Position numbers and translations under genes: made by a program. A DNA stretch of 64,000 nt from Thermoproteota archaeon. GTDB taxonomy: Archaea; Thermoproteota; Thermoprotei; Gearchaeales; Gearchaeaceae. Where the stretch lies: the NCBI GenBank assembly GCA_032249235.1, contig JAVVGF010000001.1, positions 416,001 through 480,000 of the forward strand, written 5' to 3'. The notes below the pieces were generated by a model, which was not told where the DNA came from, did no database searches, and saw nothing but the letters and a program-made list of their open reading frames with translations. Below, piece after piece: positions 9,866 through 23,934 of the stretch; the first letter of the stretch is position 1, and every line of letters begins with the position of its first letter.

Positions 9866-10000
9866 GAGGTAGCCTTCCGGCTTAGCTACCTTCGCACGCC
9901 TTTCGGACTGTGCTAAAGGTAGCTACGGTGGGCGGTTTAACTTCCGAGTTCGGAATGGGATCGGGTGGGACCCGCCCCCTATGGCCGGAATGGCTACCTC
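9866..10000 (-). rRNA. rrf: 5S rRNA (solitary; span includes an extended terminal stem)
   Basis: Minus strand contains CCGATCCCATTCCGAACTCGGAAGTTAA (5S helix III/loop C); complementary ends GAGGTAGCC(A)TTCCGGC / GCCGGAAGGCTACCTC; GC-rich island. Confidence 0.97.
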
Positions 10001-10075
10001 AAAATTACTTTATGAAGGATGTATTTAAACTTTAACATAAAGCCAAATTTATAAGTATAGTAAAACAAAAAATCT

Positions 10076-11239
10076 TTGATAGAAATGCAAGTATATGGAT
10101 CAAAAGAAATAATATTTCAAGGGTTATTTGATCCTACACAAATAAGTCTACTTTGGCTCATAATATTTCTTGCTTTTATGGTAATGCAATTATTTCCAAA
10201 CATTCCTCTAAATTGGATGACTTTAAGAACTTTGAGTAAAATTGCAGATAGACTTAGAGTATTAAATGAATTCGATATGCGTGGAAGAAAAGCTTTGGCT
10301 GAGCAATTGAAGAAATATGGAGGAAATGTAGAAAAGATGAATGAGTATGTTCAAGAGATTGTTGAGTATTTCGATATTGGTCCTGTTGAAAGAGATCCGT
10401 ATGGAATTTTAAATAGATTAGAATATATGCTGGATTTATCAAGATATAGATTTAGATCGCTTTTGAAGAATTATGCTCCTAATGCTGATGAAGAAAGCTT
10501 GTCAACTTTAGAGAACACAGCTGCAGTTGCAAATGTATTGCATTTGATAAATAAAATAGGTAGACATTATTACAATCTAGCCAAGAAGTTCAAAAACTTC
10601 TACATTGCTCAGCAAATCGAATTTATAATGCCTATGTTGATTGATTTGGCTAAGAATTATTATAAAGCTTTACCTGCTACTACTCAGCAAATTCCTATAG
10701 GAGATGCTATAGGTCCTATGGTAATAGCGAATATGTTTAAGAAATATGGTGTGAAAGAAGTAGTTGATGTTGGAAATGAAATGATAATGGGCGAAGCTTT
10801 ATTTGAAAATAGGAAGTTATTATTGCTTAAGGCAAAAGGACCTGCTGGAAGAGTTGGTAAGCCAGGTGCTGCTGTTAGGCAAATCGTTGAAAGTCATAAA
10901 GATTTAATAAAAGTTATAATAACGATTGATGCTGCTTCAAAACTTGAAGGTGAGGAAACAGGTTCTATAGCACAAGGTATAGGAGCAGCTATTGGTGATC
11001 CTGGTCCTGAAAAGTTTAAAATCGAAGAAGCTGCATTAACTTATAGGATACCATTAATAGCTATAATCATAAAACAAGGTTTTAATGAAGCAATTTCGCC
11101 TATGTTAAAGCAAATAGCTACAAAGGTGGATGAAGTGATTGATAGGGTTGAGAAATTAGTTAGAGAAATGGTTCCTGAGGGAGGAATTGCTTTAATAGTT
11201 GGAATAGGAAATACTTTAGGAGTAGGTAACGGAGCATGA
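10076..11239 (+). CDS. DUF1512 family protein
   Basis: N-terminal TM; PIGDAIGP, KAKGPAGRVGKPG, TIDAASKLEGE, GIGNTLGVG. The start may be ATG 10085. Confidence 0.85.
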   Translation: MIEMQVYGSKEIIFQGLFDPTQISLLWLIIFLAFMVMQLFPNIPLNWMTLRTLSKIADRLRVLNEFDMRGRKALAEQLKKYGGNVEKMNEYVQEIVEYFDIGPVERDPYGILNRLEYMLDLSRYRFRSLLKNYAPNADEESLSTLENTAAVANVLHLINKIGRHYYNLAKKFKNFYIAQQIEFIMPMLIDLAKNYYKALPATTQQIPIGDAIGPMVIANMFKKYGVKEVVDVGNEMIMGEALFENRKLLLLKAKGPAGRVGKPGAAVRQIVESHKDLIKVIITIDAASKLEGEETGSIAQGIGAAIGDPGPEKFKIEEAALTYRIPLIAIIIKQGFNEAISPMLKQIATKVDEVIDRVEKLVREMVPEGGIALIVGIGNTLGVGNGA

Positions 11240-11451
11240 GTTTAAGAGAAATCGCTGAGACATTTAAAGAAATAGCAAACATGAAGCCATTATCTTTGCT
11301 AAAATGCCCTGTATGCGGTGAAAGTGTAGAAAGAAGCTATAAAGAAGGAGAATATGTAACTAAAACCGTAGAAGATAAATGTCCAAAGTGTTCCAATCCT
11401 ATGTATGTTAAATTAATCTATGTAAATATTCCTCCGCAACAGCCTAGTTAG
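11236..11451 (+). CDS. Small zinc-ribbon protein
   Basis: CPVC...CPKC; ATGA overlap with the DUF1512 gene. Confidence 0.75.
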   Translation: MSLREIAETFKEIANMKPLSLLKCPVCGESVERSYKEGEYVTKTVEDKCPKCSNPMYVKLIYVNIPPQQPS

Positions 11452-11453
11452 CT

Positions 11454-12140
11454 ATTAACGAAGCTATTGAAATAAGAAAAAGCGTTAAGAATTTTTATGA
11501 AATTTTTTCTAAAGATTTTAGTTATACTAGAACTTATCCATGGAAAGATGTTGTAAAATATTATAGCCTATTTACTGGATCAAACGTTGTTTGCGACTTA
11601 GGTTGCGGTAATGGTAGGCATAGCGAAGATCTTTTCAAATATTGCGAATCAGTTATAGGTTTAGATATATCTTTTAATTTGCTAAAGATCGCTAACAAAA
11701 GATTTAGAGGAAAATTTTTATTCTTTCCAATTAATGCAGATGCTTCTTATTTACCTTTAAGAAATTCTTCAATTTCAGGAATCGTGAGTGTAGCTATGAT
11801 TCATCATATTCCAACAAAAATATTGAGAATTAAATTTATTGAAGAATGCTTTAGAGTCTTGAGTAAAAGAGGCATAATAATAATGACAAGTTGGAGCATA
11901 ATCAAGCCTAAGCATTTCCTTTTAAGTTTATGGTACTATGTATCGAGTTTTGTTAAAGGAGAAAGGATTGAATTTGGTGATGTATACATATCTTGGGCTA
12001 AAAAATACAATCGCTTCTTCCATCTTTTTTCAGTTAATGAAATGGTGTCTTTATTCAAAAAATTCAAAATACTTGGTTATTTTTTGTTCGGAAAAAGCTT
12101 TCTAAGAGAAAACATATTATTAATTGCTTTAAAACTCTAA
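11454..12140 (+). CDS. Class I SAM-dependent methyltransferase, Trm9/ALKBH8-like; true start lies upstream of the ORF-track start
   Basis: The frame is open from 11448 and encodes FYEIFSKDFSYTRTYPW and motif I VCDLGCGNGR upstream of TTG 11679; VAMIHHI and RFFHLF lie downstream. The start position is uncertain (ATT 11454 or 11466). Confidence 0.8.
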   Translation: MNEAIEIRKSVKNFYEIFSKDFSYTRTYPWKDVVKYYSLFTGSNVVCDLGCGNGRHSEDLFKYCESVIGLDISFNLLKIANKRFRGKFLFFPINADASYLPLRNSSISGIVSVAMIHHIPTKILRIKFIEECFRVLSKRGIIIMTSWSIIKPKHFLLSLWYYVSSFVKGERIEFGDVYISWAKKYNRFFHLFSVNEMVSLFKKFKILGYFLFGKSFLRENILLIALKL

Positions 12141-13396
12141 TCTTTTTTCTTTATTACATCAAAGCCCGTATACTTCCTCAAAACTTCTGGAATTACAATT
12201 GAGCCATCTTCTTGTTGATAGTTTTCAATTAAGGCTGCTAAAGTTCTACCTATAGCTAGTCCCGAACCATTTAAAGTATGTACATATTCTGGATTTCTTC
12301 TTCCACCTCCAACAAACTTTATATTTGCTCTTCTAGCTTGAAAATCTCCGCAATTACTGCATGAAGAAACTTCAATATACTTATTTTGAGAGGGGAACCA
12401 TGCTTCTATATCGTAAGTCTTGGCTGATGCAAAGCCTAAATCGCCTGTGCAAAGCAGAACTACTCTATATGGAATTCCTAATAACTTTAATATATCTTCT
12501 GCATCGTTTACAAGCTTCTCTAATTCTTCATAGCTTGTCTCTGGAGGAGTTATTTTTACTAATTCAACTTTATTGAATTGATGAACTCTTAATATTCCTT
12601 TTAAATCTACGTGTCTTCCTGCTTCTTTTCTAAAGCATGGCGTATATGCTGTATAATACAAAGGAAGATCTTTGTAATTAAGGGTTTCATTTGCATGTAT
12701 GTTAACCAATGCAAGCTCAGCTGTAGGTAATAACCAAAGGTCTTCATTTTCTATTTTGTACATGTCTTCAGCAAATCTAGGAAGATGTCCTGTGCCAAAT
12801 GCTCCTGTGCTCAAGATCAAAATAGGAGGGAATATTTCTTTATATCCTTTCTTTTTGTGGGTATCTAACATGAAGTTGATTAAAGCTCTTTCAAGAATAG
12901 CTCCTTCTTCTTTTAGCATATAAAAGCCAGATCCTGCTAACTTCGTTCCTCTTTCAAAATCTATAATATCTAATTCTTCTGCAAGTTCATAATGTGGCTT
13001 AGGTTTAAAACTAAATTTCCTAGGTTCTCCTACAACTCTCACTACTACATTATCCTCTGGACCTTTACCATATGGCACACTTTCATGCGGAATGTTGGGT
13101 AGTCTATGCAACAAATAATCCCTTTTATTCTTGATCTCATCCACTTCTTTTTCTAATAATCTTATTTTTTGGTCAAGCTCATCGATGTTTCTCTTTAATT
13201 TTTCTTTATCTTCTTCTTTTGGGAATTTTAGAGTAAGTACGTTTTTCTCATGTCTTAGCTTATCTAATTCCTTTAATTTTGCTCTGTATTGCTTGTCATA
13301 TTCGATGAGTTCGTTTAAAGGAAAATCTATATTTCTCTTTCTTAGCGCTTCAGCAACGATCTCAGATTTCTTTCTAATTATTTCTAAGTCTATCAT
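12137..13396 (-). CDS. serS: Serine--tRNA ligase
   Basis: LPTAE, FRKEAG, RVHQFNKVE, EVSSCSNC, HTLNGSGLA. Confidence 0.98.
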   Translation of the reverse strand: MIDLEIIRKKSEIVAEALRKRNIDFPLNELIEYDKQYRAKLKELDKLRHEKNVLTLKFPKEEDKEKLKRNIDELDQKIRLLEKEVDEIKNKRDYLLHRLPNIPHESVPYGKGPEDNVVVRVVGEPRKFSFKPKPHYELAEELDIIDFERGTKLAGSGFYMLKEEGAILERALINFMLDTHKKKGYKEIFPPILILSTGAFGTGHLPRFAEDMYKIENEDLWLLPTAELALVNIHANETLNYKDLPLYYTAYTPCFRKEAGRHVDLKGILRVHQFNKVELVKITPPETSYEELEKLVNDAEDILKLLGIPYRVVLLCTGDLGFASAKTYDIEAWFPSQNKYIEVSSCSNCGDFQARRANIKFVGGGRRNPEYVHTLNGSGLAIGRTLAALIENYQQEDGSIVIPEVLRKYTGFDVIKKKD

Positions 13397-15009
13397 TTTC
13401 TCTTTGTCTCGTATTTATATTCTAAAGCTGCTTTTAAAAAATGATAATAAGGTCTTGAAGGTCTATTTGGTCTAGATTTGAATTCAGGATGTGCTTGAGT
13501 CAGGAAATAAAATTGTCCATTAATTTCAGCAAATTCTGCTCTTCCATCTTTACTAAAACCTGAGAATATCATTCCATGCTTTGAAAGGATATCTATGTAT
13601 TTAGGATTCAATTCATATCTATGTCTATGTCTTTCATAGACAATTTTTTGTTCATAAATTCTATAAGCAAGAGTATTTTCTTTTATCTCTATTTCATAAG
13701 CCCCTAATCTCATTGTTCCGCCTTTCATGGTAATGTTTCTTTGTTCAGGCAATAAATCGATAACAGGATGCGGCGTATATGGATCTATCTCTGTACTATT
13801 TGCATTTTCAAGCTTGCAAACGTTTCTTGCAAATTCTACTATTGATAATTGAAAGCCGAAACAAATACCTAAAAGAGGTATTTTGTTTGTTCTTGCTATT
13901 TCTGCTGCTTTTATTTTACCTTCACTTCCTCTTGCACCAAAACCTGGCAAAATTATTATACCATCTGCTTCAAGTAAGCTATTTAGTGCTTCGTTTTCAT
14001 TTCTCTCAATATTCTCAGCCTCGATGAATAGATATTCGACTTTACTCCTCAAATGAAAACCTGCATGTTTTAAGGCTTCATTTATACTCACATATGCATC
14101 TGCTAGCTTCGAATATTTACCAACCATAGCGATCTTTAAATTATGTTTGGCATTGCTTGCTAAGTTTAGAATATTATTCCATTCATTCCAGTCAGGATCT
14201 CTTCTTTCTAATGCTAAAAGTCTTAAAAGTGCCTCAGACATCCCTTGTCTTTCCAATACTAAAGGTAACTCGTAAATATTCTCAAGCTCGAATGAATTGA
14301 ATACGAATTCTTCTTTCACATTTCCAAACAAGGCAATTTTTCTCTTAGCCTCTTGTGTTATGGGTTTTTCGCTTCTAGCAACAATTATATCAGGCTGAAT
14401 TCCTATTCTTCTTAATTCATTCACACTATGTTGCAAAGGTTTAGTTTTTTGTTCACCTGTAGCTTTAAGTGTAGGAACTAATGCTACATGAACGAATGCA
14501 ACATTGAATATGGGTTCTTCTAATTTCATTTGTCTTGCAGCTTCTAGAAAAGGTAGTCCTTCTATATCTCCTACCGTTCCACCTATTTCCACAATAGCAA
14601 TTTCTGCACCAGATTTGTAGCTACATTGCTTTATCCTTCTCTTTATTTCATCTGTAATATGAGGAATAATTTGTACACATTGTCCTAAGTAATCTCCTCT
14701 TCTTTCTTTGGTTATAACAGTTTCATAAATTTGGCCTGTAGTTATGTTATGTTCCCTAGTTAAGTTTATATCTAAAAATCTTTCATAATGCCCAATATCC
14801 ATATCTGTTTCGGCACCATCTTCAGTCACGAACACTTCACCATGCATATAAGGATTCATAGAACCGCTATCCATGTTTAAATAAGGGTCAATTTTTATAG
14901 CAGTTACTCTATACCCTCTAACTTGAAGAATTTTACCTATGGAAGATGTGATGATTCCTTTTCCTACAGAAGAAAGAACTCCACCTGTTATGAATATGTA
15001 TTTAGTCAT
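13393..15009 (-). CDS. pyrG: CTP synthase
   Basis: MTKYIFITGGVLSSVGKG (start moved to ATG 15009), GICFG glutaminase Cys, HPEF. Confidence 0.98.
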   Translation of the reverse strand: MTKYIFITGGVLSSVGKGIITSSIGKILQVRGYRVTAIKIDPYLNMDSGSMNPYMHGEVFVTEDGAETDMDIGHYERFLDINLTREHNITTGQIYETVITKERRGDYLGQCVQIIPHITDEIKRRIKQCSYKSGAEIAIVEIGGTVGDIEGLPFLEAARQMKLEEPIFNVAFVHVALVPTLKATGEQKTKPLQHSVNELRRIGIQPDIIVARSEKPITQEAKRKIALFGNVKEEFVFNSFELENIYELPLVLERQGMSEALLRLLALERRDPDWNEWNNILNLASNAKHNLKIAMVGKYSKLADAYVSINEALKHAGFHLRSKVEYLFIEAENIERNENEALNSLLEADGIIILPGFGARGSEGKIKAAEIARTNKIPLLGICFGFQLSIVEFARNVCKLENANSTEIDPYTPHPVIDLLPEQRNITMKGGTMRLGAYEIEIKENTLAYRIYEQKIVYERHRHRYELNPKYIDILSKHGMIFSGFSKDGRAEFAEINGQFYFLTQAHPEFKSRPNRPSRPYYHFLKAALEYKYETKRK

Positions 15010-15065
15010 AATAATGACTGAAATAAAACCAACAAATATATAAAATTTCAAATAAATAAAAAAGC

Positions 15066-16214
15066 ATGAAACTCGCTATTATTATATTCATTATCACTTT
15101 ACTCTCATATCCAATGCCAATCTCAGTCGTTGCTTCTGATTCGAATTCAATATTCTTCAAATATCTTGCTGATTTTCATTTCAGCGGGAATGTTACTTCA
15201 TCTCAGTACGGTTTTATAATCAAAACCCCATACGAAGGCAATTTATCTGGCTTATTAATGATTGAATTAAAACCAATAAATACGAGTTGTTATCAAGCTC
15301 TCTACAGATTTTCAGGTAAATTACATGTTAATTATAAGTTGCTAACCCCAAAAGAACTCTCCAGAGACTTGAATTTCTCAAATTCAACTATTTTATGCTC
15401 AATCAAAGATATTTGGAAGATAGTCACTTCGACAAGCCCAACAACTCAAACTTATAACTTCACTCGTTTCAGCTATAATTATGTTGTAAATTATAAAGGT
15501 GTAGTTACTAAAAACAATGTTCCTTCAGTATATCTTGCATCTTTCTTTAACTCTTCAGGAACTATTTTTGATAATAAATCTAAAACAGATTATTCAATGA
15601 TTTCTCTAGGAGATTATTATTTCAGCCTTGTTGAAAATATACCAATAGAATTCAAAATTAAGACATCAATTTACTTAAATTATACAACTCCACAATCAAA
15701 GAATGTGATCTTTTTAGATAGTCTTTCTTACATAACTTTAAATCAAACAAATTATAACCTAGAACAAATAAATAATTATAATGTATTGAATTTTAAGACA
15801 AATTTAGGAGTGAATTTTACGATTATAACAAATTCAACTGTACAAAGAATTTCAATCTCAGGGAGTAAATTAAGCATGCAGACTAACGGAACAGGCAAAG
15901 CTTTTCTAAGCATATTTTACGGAAAGCCAAATTTGGCAATTAGCTTAAAAAATATAGATGTTAAGATTAATGGCAAAAGCACGCAATATAATCTTCTATA
16001 TTTGTTAGATTATTCAATGATTAATTTGAAATATACTCAATCGGTAAATGAAATCGAGATTGATTTAGGTTCAAATGTTGGATTCTATAACTATACAGCT
16101 ATAAAATCTACCCAAGCTACTTCTCAACCTTTTGATTTCAGCATAATCATTATAGCGATCATTGCTTTCATACTCGCTCTGCTTGCTATATTCTTTTTAA
16201 GAAGAAGATATTAG
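15066..16214 (+). CDS. Secreted, C-terminally membrane-anchored surface glycoprotein
   Basis: Signal peptide, many N-x-S/T sequons, S/T linker, C-terminal TM followed by RRRY. Confidence 0.7.
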   Translation: MKLAIIIFIITLLSYPMPISVVASDSNSIFFKYLADFHFSGNVTSSQYGFIIKTPYEGNLSGLLMIELKPINTSCYQALYRFSGKLHVNYKLLTPKELSRDLNFSNSTILCSIKDIWKIVTSTSPTTQTYNFTRFSYNYVVNYKGVVTKNNVPSVYLASFFNSSGTIFDNKSKTDYSMISLGDYYFSLVENIPIEFKIKTSIYLNYTTPQSKNVIFLDSLSYITLNQTNYNLEQINNYNVLNFKTNLGVNFTIITNSTVQRISISGSKLSMQTNGTGKAFLSIFYGKPNLAISLKNIDVKINGKSTQYNLLYLLDYSMINLKYTQSVNEIEIDLGSNVGFYNYTAIKSTQATSQPFDFSIIIIAIIAFILALLAIFFLRRRY

Positions 16215-16247
16215 CTTTAAATCGTTCTAAATTTATCTTATTGTGGA

Positions 16248-17264
16248 ATGCTCAGTGTAGTAGTAGGAGGAATGTTCGGAGACGAAGGTAAGGGAAAAAT
16301 AGTATCTTATTTATCTTTAAAAGACGATATTGATGTTGCAGCAAGAGCAGGTGTCGGAACAAATGCGGGTCACACTGTATCATACAATGGAAAAATCTTT
16401 AAGCTAAGACAAGTTCCTTCTGCATTCATAAATCAAAAAACATTATTATATATAGGAAGCGGTGTTCTTGTTGATCCTACAGTTTTTTTAAGCGAAGTTG
16501 AAAATTTGAAATTAAAAGGAAGGATTTGGATCGACTATAATTGTTCTGTCATACTTGAAGAACATAAAAATAGAGATAAAGGAGATCCACACCTATCTAA
16601 GACAATTGGTACTACTGGAACAGGATGCGGCCCTGCAATGGAAGATAGAGTAAAAAGAGTTGCAAAATTATGTAAGGATATTGATGTTTTTAAGGAATAT
16701 TTAGAAGATGTAGCATTGAGGATAAATGAAGCTTTAGATCAAAAAAAGAAAGTATTGATTGAAGGGACACAAGGAACATTTCTTTCCTTATATCATGGTA
16801 CATATCCTTATGTAACTTCTAAAGACACCACCGCTTCTTCTGCTTGTGCAGATGTAGGAGTAGGTCCTAAAAAAGTTGATGAGGTAATAGTTGTTTTCAA
16901 ATCATATATAACGCGTGTTGGAGGAGGGCCTTTAGAAGGAGAATTACCTTTTGAAAAAGTCAAAGAATTAAATCTTCTTGAATATGGTACCGTTACCGGA
17001 AGGCCTAGAAGAGTAGCGCTTTTCAATAAAAAATTAGCAAAAAGAAGCGTAATGCTCAATAGTGCTACTCAAGTTGCTATAACAAAAATTGATTGGTTAT
17101 TCAGAGAAGCATATAAGGTAAAAGAATATGAAAAATTGCCTTTGGAAGCAAGAAAATTTATTGAAGACATTGAAGCAGAAATAGGAGTACCTATAACTTT
17201 GATAGGTACAGGCGAAGATGTTTTCGACATGATAGATTTGAGAGATAAAAAATTGAGAAGATGA
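16248..17264 (+). CDS. purA: Adenylosuccinate synthetase (short archaeal type)
   Basis: GDEGKGK, NAGHT, EGTQG, GTYPYVTS, GTVTGRPRR. Confidence 0.97.
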   Translation: MLSVVVGGMFGDEGKGKIVSYLSLKDDIDVAARAGVGTNAGHTVSYNGKIFKLRQVPSAFINQKTLLYIGSGVLVDPTVFLSEVENLKLKGRIWIDYNCSVILEEHKNRDKGDPHLSKTIGTTGTGCGPAMEDRVKRVAKLCKDIDVFKEYLEDVALRINEALDQKKKVLIEGTQGTFLSLYHGTYPYVTSKDTTASSACADVGVGPKKVDEVIVVFKSYITRVGGGPLEGELPFEKVKELNLLEYGTVTGRPRRVALFNKKLAKRSVMLNSATQVAITKIDWLFREAYKVKEYEKLPLEARKFIEDIEAEIGVPITLIGTGEDVFDMIDLRDKKLRR

Positions 17265-18418
17265 AAATTCTTCACTTAACATGGGAATACCCTCCACGAA
17301 TCGTAGGAGGATTAGCAAGACATGTTTATTATCTTTCAAAAGAGCTAGCTAAGTTAGGTAATGATGTGTATGTGATTACTTTAGAATTTCCAAATGTTAC
17401 ACTTGATGAATATAAAGATAACTTGAGAATTCACAGAGTTAAAGTTGAATTAGCTTCGTATGACTTTTTAACATGGTGTTATGCCTTTAATCATTTCTTC
17501 GAGAAAAAAATTGCTTCGATAATACAAGATATAGATGTAATTCATGCTCATGATTGGCTTGTAGCTATTTCTGCGATAAGTGCTAAGTATTTTTTGAAGA
17601 AACCTCTTGTTGCTACAGTTCACAGTTTAGAGATTGGAAGAGTAGGATCATTATCTAATCCTTTATCTATAGTTATTGATAACATTGAATGGTGGTTAAC
17701 GTATGAAGCAAAATTTGTAATAACTACTTCAAATTTCATGAAAAATCAATTAATTGAACACTTTAGATTACCCTCAGATAAGATTTTTGTAATAAGCAAT
17801 GGAATTGATGAAGATGAATTCAATATAGAAATAAATAAAGATGAAATAAAAACTTCGCTAGGCTTCTCGAAAGAAAACAAGCTGGTTGGCTTTATAGGAA
17901 GAATAACAGAACAAAAAGGAATAAGATATTTCATTCAGGCCATTCCTCATATTCTTAATTATCATAAGGATGCTAGGTTTATTATAGTAGGAGATGGTTG
18001 GCAAATAAACGAAATGAAAGATCTTGCTAAGAAATTGAACGTTGACTGGGCAACAAAATTTACAGGTTATGTTAAAGATGAAGAACTTAAAAAAATACTA
18101 AAAAGCTTAGACGTAATAGTGATACCGTCAGTATATGAACCATTCGGAATAATTGCTTTAGAAGCAATGGTTTCAGGTGTGCCAATTGTAGCGAGTAATG
18201 TAGGAGGCTTAGCAGAAGTGATCGATGATGGTATTGATGGTTTAAAAGTTCCTCCAAGAAATCCTGAAGCAATAGCTCATGCTGTTAATGAATATCTTAC
18301 AAATGAATCTTTGAGAAATAAAATAATCGATAATGCAAGAAATAAATCAAAATTATTTAGCTGGTTTGAAATTGCTAAAAAAACTTTAGAAGTTTATTAT
18401 AAACTGAAAGATGTATAG
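17261..18418 (+). CDS. Glycosyltransferase family 4
   Basis: WEYPPRIVGGL, HAHDW, EPFGIIALEAM. Confidence 0.93.
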   Translation: MKILHLTWEYPPRIVGGLARHVYYLSKELAKLGNDVYVITLEFPNVTLDEYKDNLRIHRVKVELASYDFLTWCYAFNHFFEKKIASIIQDIDVIHAHDWLVAISAISAKYFLKKPLVATVHSLEIGRVGSLSNPLSIVIDNIEWWLTYEAKFVITTSNFMKNQLIEHFRLPSDKIFVISNGIDEDEFNIEINKDEIKTSLGFSKENKLVGFIGRITEQKGIRYFIQAIPHILNYHKDARFIIVGDGWQINEMKDLAKKLNVDWATKFTGYVKDEELKKILKSLDVIVIPSVYEPFGIIALEAMVSGVPIVASNVGGLAEVIDDGIDGLKVPPRNPEAIAHAVNEYLTNESLRNKIIDNARNKSKLFSWFEIAKKTLEVYYKLKDV

Positions 18419-18647
18419 AGAACTATCGATTCATGAAAAAATATTAATGATACTAAATTCAAGGGGGGCAATACAATCAAATAAAGCGATGTCTTTTGAT
18501 GATTTGATCGGTGTAATAAAAGAAGATACTAGGATTATAGAAAAAGCAATTTTAGAGCTTATAAATGAAGGTTATGTCAATAAAGAAAATGATAGATTCT
18601 ACATAACAGAAAAAGGTATAATAAGATTGATGAGATCATTTAGCTAA
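18411..18647 (+). CDS. Small winged-helix protein
   Basis: ILELINEGYV...RFYITEKG winged-helix tail; within an operon. Confidence 0.7.
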   Translation: MYRELSIHEKILMILNSRGAIQSNKAMSFDDLIGVIKEDTRIIEKAILELINEGYVNKENDRFYITEKGIIRLMRSFS

Positions 18648-19144
18648 TGGCAGTCATACCAGTTGACGAATTAAAAAAATATATTAGCTGCGAGCTAGGA
18701 ATGGATGATAAGCAATATCAAATAAATGGCATAGATTTACGTGTTCATAAAATATATAAATTTGTTAGTTTCTCTTCATTTTTTAGCGACGAAGTTAAGC
18801 TTCCGTCTCTTGAAGAATTGAAAATAGAGTCTATTGAAGGACGTGAAGTTTTTGTTCTAGATAAAGGAGCATATTTAATAGAATTTTTCGAAACGATAGA
18901 AGTACCAAGCAATGCAGTAGGAATATGCTTCCCTAGATCTTCTTTATTGAGGTCAGGATGTGATTTGAGGACTGCACTATGGGATAGCGGATATAAAGGA
19001 AAGTCAAGGGCTTTATTAGTCGTTTATAATCCAATAATTATAGAAAAAGGTTCGAGAGTTGCGCAAATTATTTTTATAAGGACGGAAAAACCTGTTGAGC
19101 GTTCTTATTCAGGTCAATATCAACTTGAAGGAATTAAGAAATAA
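18647..19144 (+). CDS. dut: Trimeric dUTPase / dCTP deaminase family protein
   Basis: GIDLR, PRSSLLRSG, WDSGYKG, RVAQI, YSGQYQ. Confidence 0.88.
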   Translation: MAVIPVDELKKYISCELGMDDKQYQINGIDLRVHKIYKFVSFSSFFSDEVKLPSLEELKIESIEGREVFVLDKGAYLIEFFETIEVPSNAVGICFPRSSLLRSGCDLRTALWDSGYKGKSRALLVVYNPIIIEKGSRVAQIIFIRTEKPVERSYSGQYQLEGIKK

Positions 19145-19185
19145 AACTCAAAGTTTATTTAGAAGATATAGCATGTTTTAATGAA

Positions 19186-23365
<4,180 letters not shown>

Positions 23366-23427
23366 TCAATCTTACTTCTCTTATCATTTATTTATACTTA
23401 AGTAAAAGTTAAATTGATCTTAATCTA

Positions 23428-23901
23428 TTGGAGATTATGACAAAAATAACAGAAGGACAAATAGCTCCTGATTTCACAGCAAAATCAATTAGGCGTGAAA
23501 ACTTTAGATTGTATGATGTATTGAAAGAAAACAAGTATACTATACTTTATTTCTATCCTAAAGATTTCACTATGGGTTGCACAAAGGAAGCTTGTAGCTT
23601 TAGGGATTATTATTCCTTAATAAGGAATCTTGGAGCAGAAGTTATTGGCGTAAGCTTAGATGATATAGAAACTCATAAATCGTTCGCAAAAGAGCATAAT
23701 CTTCAATTCGACTTAATTTATGATGAAGGTGGAAAGATTTCAGAACTTTATGGTGTTTTAAGGAGCATGTTTGGCAAGAAATTCGCTTCAAGGGTGACCT
23801 TCGTAATAGATAAAGACGGAAAAATAATCAAAGTATTCAATAAGGTTAATGCTGCTGATCACGGAAGAGAGATATATGAATTCTTAAAAAGCTTAGGATA
23901 A
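23428..23901 (+). CDS. bcp: Peroxiredoxin, BCP/PrxQ family
   Basis: YFYPKDFTMGCTKEAC; the start may be ATG 23437. Confidence 0.93.
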   Translation: MEIMTKITEGQIAPDFTAKSIRRENFRLYDVLKENKYTILYFYPKDFTMGCTKEACSFRDYYSLIRNLGAEVIGVSLDDIETHKSFAKEHNLQFDLIYDEGGKISELYGVLRSMFGKKFASRVTFVIDKDGKIIKVFNKVNAADHGREIYEFLKSLG

Positions 23902-23934
23902 AATTTTAATAACTACATTAAGAAATATTCGTCG

